Assembly: GCA_965217035.1 (NCBI GenBank)
Contig: OZ244226.1
Coordinates: forward strand, 496,001-560,000
Reading direction: 5' to 3'
DNA: 64,000 nt
From: Bacteriovoracaceae bacterium
Lineage (GTDB): Bacteria > Bdellovibrionota > Bacteriovoracia > Bacteriovoracales > Bacteriovoracaceae
The translations under genes were made by a program, and so were the position numbers. Below, piece by piece: positions 1 through 9,121 of this stretch (its first letter is position 1; each line of letters begins with the position of its first letter). Under the pieces are notes generated by a model. The model searched no databases, was not told the DNA's origin, and worked only from the letters and a program-made list of their open reading frames with translations.

Positions 1-624
1 TAGTGAACTTCCATTGACTTCTGGAATAATTAAGTGAGCAGCGACACCTCCCCCAATGAAAAGAAGCATTTGAATCGAGTCTGTCCTGACAACGGCCCTT
101 AATCCACCTATTGTTGTGTAAACTAAGGTCAATAAAGAAGTAAAAAAGATCGCCTGATAAATAGAAACTTGAAAGAACTCAGAAACTAAAATTGTTCCCG
201 CATAAAGTCTGACTCCAACAGCGAAAACCTTTGTAACCATATAAATAAGAGTCAGACCCCGCCTACCCCATACCGTTGATTTTTTTTTGGCGGCAATAAT
301 CTCGTATAATGTTAATCCCTTATTATAGATCAGTGGCAGAACATACTGAGCAATGATCAGACGCCCTATAACAGCACCGAGATAAATATGAATGAAGCTG
401 AAGTCTTTCCCATAAGCAAAGGCAGGGATTCCCAGAAATGTTAGGGCCGAGACCTCTGTCGCGATCACCGAACCTATTGATTCCCAAACACGAAGCTCAC
501 TGCTGGCCAAATATTGATCCTTAAGCAGCTCAGAACCCAAAGAGTATTGATTTTTCCGGCGAGAATACAACGCAAGAGCAAAAATAAAGATAATATAGAG
601 AACAACGATAGTTAATCCACTCAT
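1..624 (-). CDS. Sodium:solute symporter family protein (5' part; runs off window edge)
   Basis: Hand translation from ATG at 624: MSGLTIVVLYIIFIFALALYSRRK...SVIATEVSALTFLGIPAFAY...YTTIGGLRAVVRTDSIQ, typical SSS motifs; missing from the ORF track because truncated. Confidence 0.9.
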   Translation of the reverse strand, partial: MSGLTIVVLYIIFIFALALYSRRKNQYSLGSELLKDQYLASSELRVWESIGSVIATEVSALTFLGIPAFAYGKDFSFIHIYLGAVIGRLIIAQYVLPLIYNKGLTLYEIIAAKKKSTVWGRRGLTLIYMVTKVFAVGVRLYAGTILVSEFFQVSIYQAIFFTSLLTLVYTTIGGLRAVVRTDSIQMLLFIGGGVAAHLIIPEVNGSSL

Positions 625-714
625 CCTTCTATCTTAAAGCTCTTTTTATCATTCGAAAAATCTGTTAGATTAGGCTCTTCAAAACATCGAAATCATAGAA
701 ATAAGGAGAGTACG

Positions 715-936
715 ATGGAACTAGTGAAAAAGACTGACGATTATTCAATCTTTAAAAAAAGAAACAACCGTTATTCGGTAAAAACTCCAAAAGGAGCTTG
801 GATTAATGGTGACAAGAAAGCTGAAATTCTTCTCGGAGAGAATCTTATTACAGTAAGTGCCCCTAAAAAGGTAGAAGAGCCAGCAGCAGAGGAGACTGAG
901 ACAGTTGAAGCTACTGCTGAAGAAAAAGCAGAGTAA
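715..936 (+). CDS. Small hypothetical protein with acidic Ala/Glu tail
   Basis: AAGGAG RBS upstream, 73-aa ORF, followed by an intrinsic terminator. Confidence 0.8.
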   Translation: MELVKKTDDYSIFKKRNNRYSVKTPKGAWINGDKKAEILLGENLITVSAPKKVEEPAAEETETVEATAEEKAE

Positions 937-945
937 GTTTTATTG

Positions 946-970
946 AGTGCCGGGAAACCGGCACTTTTTT
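946..970 (+). terminator. Rho-independent terminator
   Basis: AGTGCCGG-GAAA-CCGGCACT followed by a T-run, just after the stop at 936. Confidence 0.9.
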
Positions 971-1162
971 AGTTCGGCCATTGGCTAAACAACTCACACT
1001 TCTCTCTATGTCTTTAATCACTCGGTCAATATTATTTACATCAGCAGAAAAACTTAAAAGACCACAAAAAATCCATGCGATTTTCATAAAATCTTCAAAA
1101 CTATCAAAATGAAAAATTCTAGCATAAGGCTTTGAACGATTGGAGAATGATATGAAAACTCA

Positions 1163-1179
1163 AGGGCCAAAAAGGCCCT
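1163..1179 (-). terminator. Probable terminator hairpin of the secreted-protein operon
   Basis: AGGGCC-AAAAA-GGCCCT directly after the stop at 1185; weak U-tail. Confidence 0.5.
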
Positions 1180-1184
1180 CAAAT

Positions 1185-1598
1185 CTATCCTTTTACTTTT
1201 CTATTTCCGATGTATTTCCTAGGAGCATTGTGATCAATTTCGACTTGGTTACAAACTTGCTTGTTAAATGGAGAAGCTGATGTGAATTCATAATAGATAT
1301 CTTCATCATGAGAATAATAACGAGAATACCAGAAACCATTTCTATAAAAGGTGAAAGTCCTCCTGTAGAAATACCTCTGATAAGATTCTCCTTGAAAGTG
1401 AGTGACGAGATCACCTGAACACTGTCTTCTCATATCCTGAAATGCATGCATTAAACTAACTCCACTTTGTCCAGTCACGTTTCCTTGATGATCAATATAG
1501 CTACTTCCGATATTGACACAGCTGCTTGAACAAAACCAAGTTTTGTCATTTGCTTGAGAAGATAAAGAAATAATAAAAACTAATAATAAGTACTTCAT
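1185..1598 (-). CDS. Secreted hypothetical protein, Cys- and aromatic-rich
   Basis: AGGAG RBS, Sec signal MKYLLLVFIISLSSQA. Confidence 0.8.
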   Translation of the reverse strand: MKYLLLVFIISLSSQANDKTWFCSSSCVNIGSSYIDHQGNVTGQSGVSLMHAFQDMRRQCSGDLVTHFQGESYQRYFYRRTFTFYRNGFWYSRYYSHDEDIYYEFTSASPFNKQVCNQVEIDHNAPRKYIGNRKVKG

Positions 1599-1605
1599 TT
1601 TTCTC

Positions 1606-2784
1606 CTATAACGAAATTGAACATCTTTTTTGAAGTTTCTTTAGTTGCTTATAACTGAGATCACTTATTACTTTATTTTTATCCTTGTAACTTAATTCAC
1701 CAGAATGCTTAGTGATTTGATAAAATATTTTTACAACTCTAGCGGTACATTTTTTATCAGTTTTAATAAAAGATCTCATCTGGCTGAGAAGTCGAGCTCT
1801 CTCACGAACAAGACGTTCTTGTTTTTCTTTTTCTAGTCTCAATTTTCTAAGAACTTCTTTATACTCATTTTCATTGAGGTCAAACGGAAGTTCTCTTTCT
1901 TTATCACTTAAAGAAATCTCAAACATCTTAACTCCCAGTTCCGTTTGAGCGATGGAGAGTGTCCGTCCGTCATCATTATATAAAAGAAAAGACTGGTTAT
2001 TAGAAAAACCATCAACTAAGACTTTCTTATTGTCTCCAAAGCTAAGCTGAATTCTCTTTAACATAAACTCTTTATGAATTTCTTCAATATAAGTTTTATA
2101 ATCTGCCGCTAAGAGCGAAAAACAACTTTTTGAGAAACAGCCAGCAGAAGAAAGTATATCGAGGGCAATCCGCTCTTTGAAAATAATTTCTTTAAAATGC
2201 TTCGAACTCCTGTCGTCGGAAAAAGAGTATTCATCTCTTTTGGTGTATTGATTTTCTTTCCGTCGAAGATACATATAATACTTATTCTCATTGACTGTAA
2301 CTTGGTTTCGTTTCCACTTCCCTAAAGTTAAAGGAAAGTTATCGATCACTGAGATAATTAAGCCAATTAATTTCTCTTGATTTTTTTTGGTGCTCTCATT
2401 TGCTTGAATCCTGATCTCTTCAAGCAAATTCTCTAATATCATCTCCTTTTGTTGCTCACTATAATCACTTGAGACAAGAATATCTTCATACCGTTTAATT
2501 GATTCTGATAATTCTTTAAAAAGTTCATTCTTAACAAAAGACTCATAGTTCATAAGAACTTTCTTTGCTTTTGATCTAAAATCTCTCGAAGCCTGTTGAT
2601 AATCAGCATGATTATAATCCTCGTAGTTACGATCTCTTTCATTAAAATCTCTGATAATCAAACCAACAATGTCTTTCGTAACACTTGTTTCGGACTTAAT
2701 CACTTCAATTGCATTCTTCGGTGCTTCTTGAGAGAGAGCATTCAAACTCAGAGCAAGAGTAAATGTGTAAAATAAAGCTTTCAT
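1606..2784 (-). CDS. Secreted hypothetical protein (helical/coiled-coil)
   Basis: AGGAG RBS, signal peptide MKALFYTFTLALSLNALS, 392 aa. Confidence 0.8.
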   Translation of the reverse strand: MKALFYTFTLALSLNALSQEAPKNAIEVIKSETSVTKDIVGLIIRDFNERDRNYEDYNHADYQQASRDFRSKAKKVLMNYESFVKNELFKELSESIKRYEDILVSSDYSEQQKEMILENLLEEIRIQANESTKKNQEKLIGLIISVIDNFPLTLGKWKRNQVTVNENKYYMYLRRKENQYTKRDEYSFSDDRSSKHFKEIIFKERIALDILSSAGCFSKSCFSLLAADYKTYIEEIHKEFMLKRIQLSFGDNKKVLVDGFSNNQSFLLYNDDGRTLSIAQTELGVKMFEISLSDKERELPFDLNENEYKEVLRKLRLEKEKQERLVRERARLLSQMRSFIKTDKKCTARVVKIFYQITKHSGELSYKDKNKVISDLSYKQLKKLQKRCSISL

Positions 2785-2807
2785 TTTTTCTCCTAACAGT
2801 TCTATAA

Positions 2808-4289
2808 TTATTTATTTTTAATTCCTAATCTTTCAAAATTAATTTTTTCTTTTAACGAATCCTGTTTATTTTTCTCGACGAGATCTTCAAGTCGTTTAAA
2901 AATTGCTTCAAAAACACCTTCCATGATTGCATTTAAATTTTTGATAGCAGGTAAACGCTCTCTATCAATAACAGTTCGATTTAATATTTGATTTAACAAA
3001 CTCTTTAGTTCAAAAGCTCTATAGAAATCAGAATTTGCATAAGTTAATTCTGCTACTTCCTTTTCCTTGTCGAGCTTTAAAAGAATCGCGAGATAGTTTA
3101 CGAATCCTTCAAGTTCTGGATCTAGTTGAGTCCCACTTTTTAATACTGCTTGAGAAAGTTCGAGGAAGCTTCTCTTCTCTTCTACTCTCCCTTCATGATA
3201 AGCAAGAATTTCAAGTTCTTTATTTGCCTTTAGTCTTCTTTTAACAAGTGTAATTTCCTTTTTCGATAGTTTTTTTAGAAAAGCTACCATTTCATTCTTT
3301 AGCTCTTGAGAATCGGAAAGAACTTCAATTGTTTTAATATTCTGAAGATTTTTGATTTTTCCAAGACAAATCACTCTTGGATTTATTTCTGCGATCTTCT
3401 TGATATTTATAAATCGAGAGAGAAGATCCCCATTATCAGCCTCACAAGCTTCTTTAATAATTTCCTTTGCTGAGAGCTCAGAGTTCTCAGAAACAACCAA
3501 GTAATCTTCATAATACAGATCTTCAAGATTCAATTTTTGAGCTTTTTCAAGATCTTTAAAGAACTTTGAAAAATTATCAGTCATGAGTAGAGTAGCTTGC
3601 CTCTCTTCAGTCGATGCAAAAATAAAATCTAAAGATTTTCTGTGCAGATTTAATTTTTTTGAGTTTTCAGGAATAATGACACCATTCTTCTCTAGATTAA
3701 ACTCAAAATCCTCTGGAGAAATACTTATTCCTGCTGCAATTTTCCCAATTAGTGCAGTCATACTTCGAACCTTTTTATTTCTCATAGGCTCGTATTCAGC
3801 AAGATAAGAATGCATGTTTTCATGAACTAAAAAAATCGCTTTCTGAATTCCGTTCATGGGATCAAAATTATCAAGGTCAATATAAACCTCATCAAGAACG
3901 ATTCCAGCTTGTTCAGTCTCTAGTTTTGAAGGCTTAGAAATATCATCTTCATCTCTCGTATCAATTTTATAAAGTTGTCGAGTAAAGCAATAATCTTTAT
4001 CCTTAATCGTTCTTTCGAGATCAAAGCCAAAATACCAATTCACTTTCTTAACTTTCTCTATGAGTTGACTTAACTTTGTAACTTCTTCAAAGACAGTTTC
4101 TCCACGCTTCCATTCACAATTAGTTGGATCAATCATGTCACGAACGACAGGCTTACCATCAATCCAGACAACTTCGCCACCATTTCCAACGCCTTCTCCT
4201 CGCGAAGCAGCTGTTGTGGGCTTGATCACTTTTTGTGCATACCCTTGGAAGGTTAAGAGCAAACACATCACTGACATTAATTTTTTCAT
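2808..4289 (-). CDS. Secreted hypothetical protein with N-terminal GNGG motif and HExxH
   Basis: GAGGT RBS before ATG 4289; signal MKKLMSVMCLLLTFQGYA; GEGVGNGG; LVHENMH. Confidence 0.8.
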   Translation of the reverse strand: MKKLMSVMCLLLTFQGYAQKVIKPTTAASRGEGVGNGGEVVWIDGKPVVRDMIDPTNCEWKRGETVFEEVTKLSQLIEKVKKVNWYFGFDLERTIKDKDYCFTRQLYKIDTRDEDDISKPSKLETEQAGIVLDEVYIDLDNFDPMNGIQKAIFLVHENMHSYLAEYEPMRNKKVRSMTALIGKIAAGISISPEDFEFNLEKNGVIIPENSKKLNLHRKSLDFIFASTEERQATLLMTDNFSKFFKDLEKAQKLNLEDLYYEDYLVVSENSELSAKEIIKEACEADNGDLLSRFINIKKIAEINPRVICLGKIKNLQNIKTIEVLSDSQELKNEMVAFLKKLSKKEITLVKRRLKANKELEILAYHEGRVEEKRSFLELSQAVLKSGTQLDPELEGFVNYLAILLKLDKEKEVAELTYANSDFYRAFELKSLLNQILNRTVIDRERLPAIKNLNAIMEGVFEAIFKRLEDLVEKNKQDSLKEKINFERLGIKNK

Positions 4290-4290
4290 T

Positions 4291-5091
4291 TCATACCTCG
4301 TTATATTTTTCTTCATTCATTTGAGTTAAAGGAAAGAGCTGTACTGAACATTGGTACACCTGGTTTGCATCCTCGTCACGCATTAACACTTCTAATTTTT
4401 CTTGGAATTCTCTTATGATTTGTTTCGCCGAGCTTATTTTCTCTGGATTAGCTGGAAAACGAAGAGAACTAAAGTCTCTTAAATTAAGTTCTATTTGATC
4501 AAGTTTGCTACTGGCAAGCTCTAAACTTTCTTTATGAGATTTACGGATTGCTGCTGATTTTATGTCTTCCGTCGTACGCAATGGTCCCGTTATTCTCTCA
4601 AAATCACCATCCTCATTTTTTTTGATAATTTGAGCAGTCATTAAGTTATGAATAACAAGTTCAAGACGAGATGAAGTCACTCCAAGTCTTTGGGCAATCC
4701 ATTGAAGATCAGATTGGAAATCAGAAGTTTGAAGCAAGCAAAGGAAAGCATAATGCTCCCATTCCGCAATGATATGATGATAAGACTCGTCAATGACAAA
4801 TTTCTCTTGACCTAAATCCGGAAGCTTGATTTTATCCAGTGAAGCTTTCTTCTTATAAAGACTTAAAACAAAAAGTGCCTTTTCTTTTGGAGAAAGACCT
4901 AACCGATCTGTTACTGATTCAATGTATTTTTGAGGAAGCTTTCTTTTGCCATTAAGAATAGGACTCAAGACAGAAGGATGAACCCCAAGATAATTTGCAA
5001 AGGCCCTCAACGAATACTGAGGATTGACACGCTGCTTATCTGTAAAAGCCGCCTTAAGCTTAATAAGGTAATAGTCTTGAGTGTTTTCCAT
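4291..5091 (-). CDS. TIGR02147/DUF4423 family HTH protein
   Basis: NPQYSLRAFANYLGVHPSVLSPILNGKRKL HTH; WEHYA; C-terminal VYQCSVQLFPLT. Confidence 0.88.
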   Translation of the reverse strand: MENTQDYYLIKLKAAFTDKQRVNPQYSLRAFANYLGVHPSVLSPILNGKRKLPQKYIESVTDRLGLSPKEKALFVLSLYKKKASLDKIKLPDLGQEKFVIDESYHHIIAEWEHYAFLCLLQTSDFQSDLQWIAQRLGVTSSRLELVIHNLMTAQIIKKNEDGDFERITGPLRTTEDIKSAAIRKSHKESLELASSKLDQIELNLRDFSSLRFPANPEKISSAKQIIREFQEKLEVLMRDEDANQVYQCSVQLFPLTQMNEEKYNEV

Positions 5092-5137
5092 TTCGAACGC
5101 AACTATAAAACGTGGAAAAGCGCCCTGCAACTAGAAG

Positions 5138-5181
5138 TGCTACAAAGTGTAGCAAACTAAATGCTACATACAATTTCTACA
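5138..5181. promoter_or_regulatory. Repeated TGCTACA half-sites, putative operator
   Basis: TGCTACA-AAG-TGTAGCA palindrome (5138-5154), TGCTACA (5162-5168), TTCTACA (5175-5181), upstream of the DUF4423 gene. Confidence 0.55.
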
Positions 5182-5195
5182 GCGCGCTAGACAAA

Positions 5196-5894
5196 CTAGA
5201 TTCTTAAGGACTTAGAACCGTAAATGAATTTATGCTGTTGCCCAATAACTCTAAAAGGGCTCCCCGCTTTATAGTTTGCTTCGAAAATCATTTGGCTTAA
5301 TTCAGGATTAAAATCTTCTCCCGTATTAAAACATGGGGTCAGGACCCAAGGAGTTTTTATTCTGTCATTTTCTTCGAGTTTCTCTTTAAGATCTTTTACA
5401 AACTTAAAGTCTCTCTCGTCAGCAATCACTGATTTGATTTGTGACTTTGTCGAATATTGTTCATCTAATTTTAAAATTAACTTTTCAGGAGTTTTCACAC
5501 CTGTTGAAGGAGTTTTGCAATCAAAACTGATAAAATCGACAATATCAAAAATTTCATGAACGATCCGAGACCCTGAAGCTTCGAGATTAATGTCAAAATT
5601 ATGAGATTTTAAAAACTTTGATAATTCTGTCACGGAAGGTACATGTTTCGGATGAAGTGGATCTCCCCCTGTAATAGAAACTCTGTGAATAAAACCCTCT
5701 TTCCGAATTTCATCTAAGATTTGCTCAAATGAAAGCTTCAAAGGTGCTTCAAAATCCCATGTCTCCATAGAATCACAATTCAAACAGCCGATCGCGCAGC
5801 CTTGAAAACGAACAAAGACCTGAGGCATCCCAATATTGATCCCCTCACCTTCCGTACCTCGATAAATAGAGTGCAAGTGACAAAGTGTTTCCAT
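5196..5894 (-). CDS. queE: 7-carboxy-7-deazaguanine synthase (radical SAM)
   Basis: TEGEG...GMPQVFVRFQGCAIGCLNCDS (CxxxCxxC), SITGGDP, C-terminal QQHK. Confidence 0.85.
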   Translation of the reverse strand: METLCHLHSIYRGTEGEGINIGMPQVFVRFQGCAIGCLNCDSMETWDFEAPLKLSFEQILDEIRKEGFIHRVSITGGDPLHPKHVPSVTELSKFLKSHNFDINLEASGSRIVHEIFDIVDFISFDCKTPSTGVKTPEKLILKLDEQYSTKSQIKSVIADERDFKFVKDLKEKLEENDRIKTPWVLTPCFNTGEDFNPELSQMIFEANYKAGSPFRVIGQQHKFIYGSKSLRI

Positions 5895-5925
5895 AATTTA
5901 ATCAAGGCCATTATTATCATGATTA

Positions 5926-6474
5926 ATGGAAAAACAGCAAGTTGGAGCCTCTGGGCCTGATAAAATCTACAATTTCGTACTCTCAGAACTTAAGGCAGGT
6001 AAAAGACCCGTCTTAAAGCTTGATAATTCTGAGCTAGAGCAAATTAAAGAAGATTTAAAAAGGAGAATATCTGAGGATCAAGGAGATTTCAGAAGACCCA
6101 TGGCCGTTCTCTGCCATCTTCAACAAGGAAAACCTGAGCTTATCGACCTCCTTCACGAAGCCTATTTCGCGGCAGAAGCCTCTTCTCAAATCTTTGTCTT
6201 GCGAGCCTTTGAAAAGCATTCATTAGAATCAATGTTTCTAAAGGGACAGAAAGTCGGAATCAAGACTCTTGAGGTTCTCTCGCATGCTCTTAAGTCAGAA
6301 GATTTAGAGTTAGAAGACTATGTCCTCTACCTTCTTGAGCAGATAGGGATTCAAATCGTTGTTTTTAAAAAAGAGCTTCAAATTATTGGCGCAAGAAAAA
6401 GTTGGTTTCAAAAAGCGAAAAAACAGAATAAAGAGAAGGCATTAAAACTTCTAGAGAAAATCCCTAGTTTTTGA
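5926..6474 (+). CDS. Hypothetical protein (helical)
   Basis: 182-aa ORF filling the gap, divergent from queE. Confidence 0.7.
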   Translation: MEKQQVGASGPDKIYNFVLSELKAGKRPVLKLDNSELEQIKEDLKRRISEDQGDFRRPMAVLCHLQQGKPELIDLLHEAYFAAEASSQIFVLRAFEKHSLESMFLKGQKVGIKTLEVLSHALKSEDLELEDYVLYLLEQIGIQIVVFKKELQIIGARKSWFQKAKKQNKEKALKLLEKIPSF

Positions 6475-6868
6475 AAGGGTCATGTTCCGGATGATCAAAC
6501 TCTGCCTTTAAATTCTCTCTGAAGAAATTCACAAGAAGTTTTTCATCTTTGATATTATCAAAAATCCAATTGTGAAAACGCATTGTCTTTTTTTTGACGG
6601 CTTCTTGCTTTGCAAATTCAGAACTAGAGAACTCAACGAATAAAACATGATATGTTTTTACTGAAGCTTTTGTGACACTCAAACAACCTTCACCATAATG
6701 ATCACAAGTAATAGGAATATTCGAAAGAATATTATCAACAGATGCCGCTGCTGGATCTGCAGCGATAACTTTCATCATAATAACTTGGCTATCTAAATTT
6801 TTTTCTTTTTTTTCTGAACAAGAAATTATGAGGATGAAGAATGAGAAGATTAAAAATATTTTTCTCAT
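6464..6868 (-). CDS. Hypothetical lipoprotein
   Basis: Lipoprotein signal MRKIFLIFSFFILIIS-C. Confidence 0.75.
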   Translation of the reverse strand: MRKIFLIFSFFILIISCSEKKEKNLDSQVIMMKVIAADPAAASVDNILSNIPITCDHYGEGCLSVTKASVKTYHVLFVEFSSSEFAKQEAVKKKTMRFHNWIFDNIKDEKLLVNFFRENLKAEFDHPEHDPFKN

Positions 6869-6892
6869 AAATTTGAACTCGAAAAAGAGAAT

Positions 6893-6972
6893 AAAAAAAG
6901 GGGACCTCCTGCAATGGCCCCCAATTTTTCGGCTTCCTGCCTCTCAAAGAAGTAACATCCCTATCACTTCGT
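6893..6972 (-). ncRNA. Candidate small RNA with three GGA-loop hairpins (CsrB/RsmY-like)
   Basis: Extended -10 upstream; GAAGUGAU-AGGGAU-GUUACUUC, GGC-AGGAA-GCC, terminator GGGGGCC-AUUGCAGGA-GGUCCCC-U7. Confidence 0.6.
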
Positions 6973-6978
6973 ATTTTG

Positions 6979-6987
6979 ATTATACCA
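6979..6987 (-). promoter_or_regulatory. Extended -10 promoter TGgTATAAT
   Basis: Perfect TGnTATAAT about 7 nt upstream of the candidate sRNA. Confidence 0.65.
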
Positions 6988-7123
6988 TCTCGCCAAATAA
7001 TAAAAAGCGAAAAAAAATTCCGGATTTTTTTTCCGCAGTGCTCAGAAAATTAAGTGAGTATATCAATTATTTATTTGGTGAAACTAGACAAGTAAAACGC
7101 ATTAGAAGAGTATTTTATTAGGC

Positions 7124-8380
7124 ATGAACTTAGGAAAAACTTTCCCCTTCATTCTCCTTGCTCTCTCATGTAGCTCTAATAAACCAATTAGCCTACTAAA
7201 GCCGCGTCCCAGGCACACAGCGATTTCATATGATCAAATTTACAGGTGTCGAATTGACAATAAAAAAGAGATTTTTCTTGGAAATTCAGAACACTATTCG
7301 TACTTTCAAGAAATGATTAACCGATTAAAGAAGGACAATATTAATCTTTCAGGGTCGGAAAAATTTGTCCTATGGGGCCTCTCTCAATCACTCTTAAGGC
7401 CTGACCAACTTTCTCCAGATTCTCATAGTTTGATAGTTATAAACTATAAGAAAACAACAAACTTCTTTGCAAGCTATTCAAAAAATCAACGAGATTATAG
7501 ATTTGGTTTTTATAGCTCTTTAGACTTTCTTCTCAAGAGATATAAAAGTCCTCGAAACCTCTCGAAACTTGTTGAACTTTTTGATAAGTACTATCCTCTC
7601 TACATTACAGCAGGAAAAGATCTTGCTAATTTTCTTCTTGCCGAAAAAGAAAATCTTGAGAAAACAAGAAAGTCTTACCCTATCTATTTCCGAGGAGAAG
7701 ACCTGCTTCTTAGCAATGAATATTACAGAAGGCCTACTTTAAAAAAACGTTTATTGAAGTATATAAGCATGCAAAAAAATAAAGCCAAGGTTAAATCGCT
7801 TAAGTTAAAACAATCCGATGAAAGCCGACTTAAGTGTAACTTTGATATTAATCCTTACCTCTCTGGAAAACTAACCAATCAAGTTATTCATGAAAACTCT
7901 TATTATATAGGATACCAAAGAGGAGATTTTACGATTTTACTCGGAGCTCAAACTAAGATTAACTGGAAAAGGAAAAGCTTAAAGAATACTTTTCCCAATG
8001 CAAGCTCTCTGAATAGTTCACCTGTTTGTTTTTTCCAAGGTCTAAACTCTCAATTCATACTTTCATCTCATAAAGGGAAAGATCCTGCCCAAACATTGTC
8101 TCATTTCTATAGGTATGGAATTGAGAACCTAACAGAAATAAAACAAGTTTATCGTCTGACAAATTTTGCAAGGCATTTAATTTTAAAAAACCCTACTAGA
8201 ATCCTTTATGAGTCTCAAAGAGGAGCTCAAGGTCAATTAAAAAAACTTAATAGTCTCAATATCCCTATTTATCACGCCAAGCAGATTGGTGAAATAACAG
8301 GATTGATTCAAATAGAGAATCAACGCTCCAACTTTTTACTTGATGATCGCTCTTCGATCCGAGAAAATTGTCGTCAATGA
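7124..8380 (+). CDS. Hypothetical basic lipoprotein
   Basis: Lipobox LALS-C; 418 aa; ATGA overlap with the next gene. Confidence 0.75.
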   Translation: MNLGKTFPFILLALSCSSNKPISLLKPRPRHTAISYDQIYRCRIDNKKEIFLGNSEHYSYFQEMINRLKKDNINLSGSEKFVLWGLSQSLLRPDQLSPDSHSLIVINYKKTTNFFASYSKNQRDYRFGFYSSLDFLLKRYKSPRNLSKLVELFDKYYPLYITAGKDLANFLLAEKENLEKTRKSYPIYFRGEDLLLSNEYYRRPTLKKRLLKYISMQKNKAKVKSLKLKQSDESRLKCNFDINPYLSGKLTNQVIHENSYYIGYQRGDFTILLGAQTKINWKRKSLKNTFPNASSLNSSPVCFFQGLNSQFILSSHKGKDPAQTLSHFYRYGIENLTEIKQVYRLTNFARHLILKNPTRILYESQRGAQGQLKKLNSLNIPIYHAKQIGEITGLIQIENQRSNFLLDDRSSIRENCRQ

Positions 8381-8982
8381 GATATTTATCCTTCGATATA
8401 GAGGCAACAGGTCTTAAAGAAGACTGCTATTTAATTGAATTTGCAGCTGTTCCAATTGATGCTGAAACCAGAGAAATCAGAGATGATCTTACGTTTCATA
8501 CCTTTGTTTCTTGTCCGACCTTTGAAAGTCTTAAAGAAAACCTCGATCCATGGGTAATTGAAAATAACGAAGAGCTGATTAACAAAGCCAATAAAACTGG
8601 TGTAACCCTCGAAGGTTTTAAAGAAAAGCTGTCTGGCTACCTCAATGACCCACGAGTCAAAGATTTTTTTGAAAGTAAAAAAGTTGTTCTCTTTGGAAAA
8701 TCGATTAATGCAATTGATCTCCCTTTCATGAATCGAGATCTTGGATGGGACTGGATGAGAGATAACTTCTCTCATAGAACATTTGATTTTACCACATTCT
8801 GTTATGGACTCGTCGATATGGGAGTCCTTCCTCAAGGAATGGAATCAGGTTCAAAGCTCATGGAATTTCTAGGAATGGGCGAAGTGGCTCATACTGCATT
8901 AGAAGATGCCGTTAATACCGCCAAAATGTATTTTCATTCGCTCGACTTGATTGATCGCGAACGACCTTCGATCGAAAGTTGA
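8377..8982 (+). CDS. DEDDh 3'-5' exonuclease
   Basis: SFDIEATG, IDLPF, HTALEDA motifs. Confidence 0.88.
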   Translation: MRYLSFDIEATGLKEDCYLIEFAAVPIDAETREIRDDLTFHTFVSCPTFESLKENLDPWVIENNEELINKANKTGVTLEGFKEKLSGYLNDPRVKDFFESKKVVLFGKSINAIDLPFMNRDLGWDWMRDNFSHRTFDFTTFCYGLVDMGVLPQGMESGSKLMEFLGMGEVAHTALEDAVNTAKMYFHSLDLIDRERPSIES

Positions 8983-8996
8983 AAACGAATACAGAG

Positions 8997-9120
8997 AGAG
9001 TGGTTCGATTGTGATTTTGAAGTAGGAAAATAAATCCAAGATGACGAGGCGTACGCTTTGCTACGTCGTAGTTGCCGAGAGATGAAGTTTGGCAACCTTA
9101 AAAATAAAAGGAGAATTATT
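8997..9120. repeat. Dispersed ~124-bp hairpin repeat, copy 1
   Basis: Ungapped alignment to 34217-34340 (hand count 86/124 identical); shared core CGAGGCGTACGCTTTG. Confidence 0.8.
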
Positions 9121-9121
9121 A

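Noticed and set aside
6828..7121. 97-aa ORF on the + strand
   Set aside because: No RBS or recognisable motif; overlaps a lipoprotein start and the promoter/sRNA signals on the opposite strand
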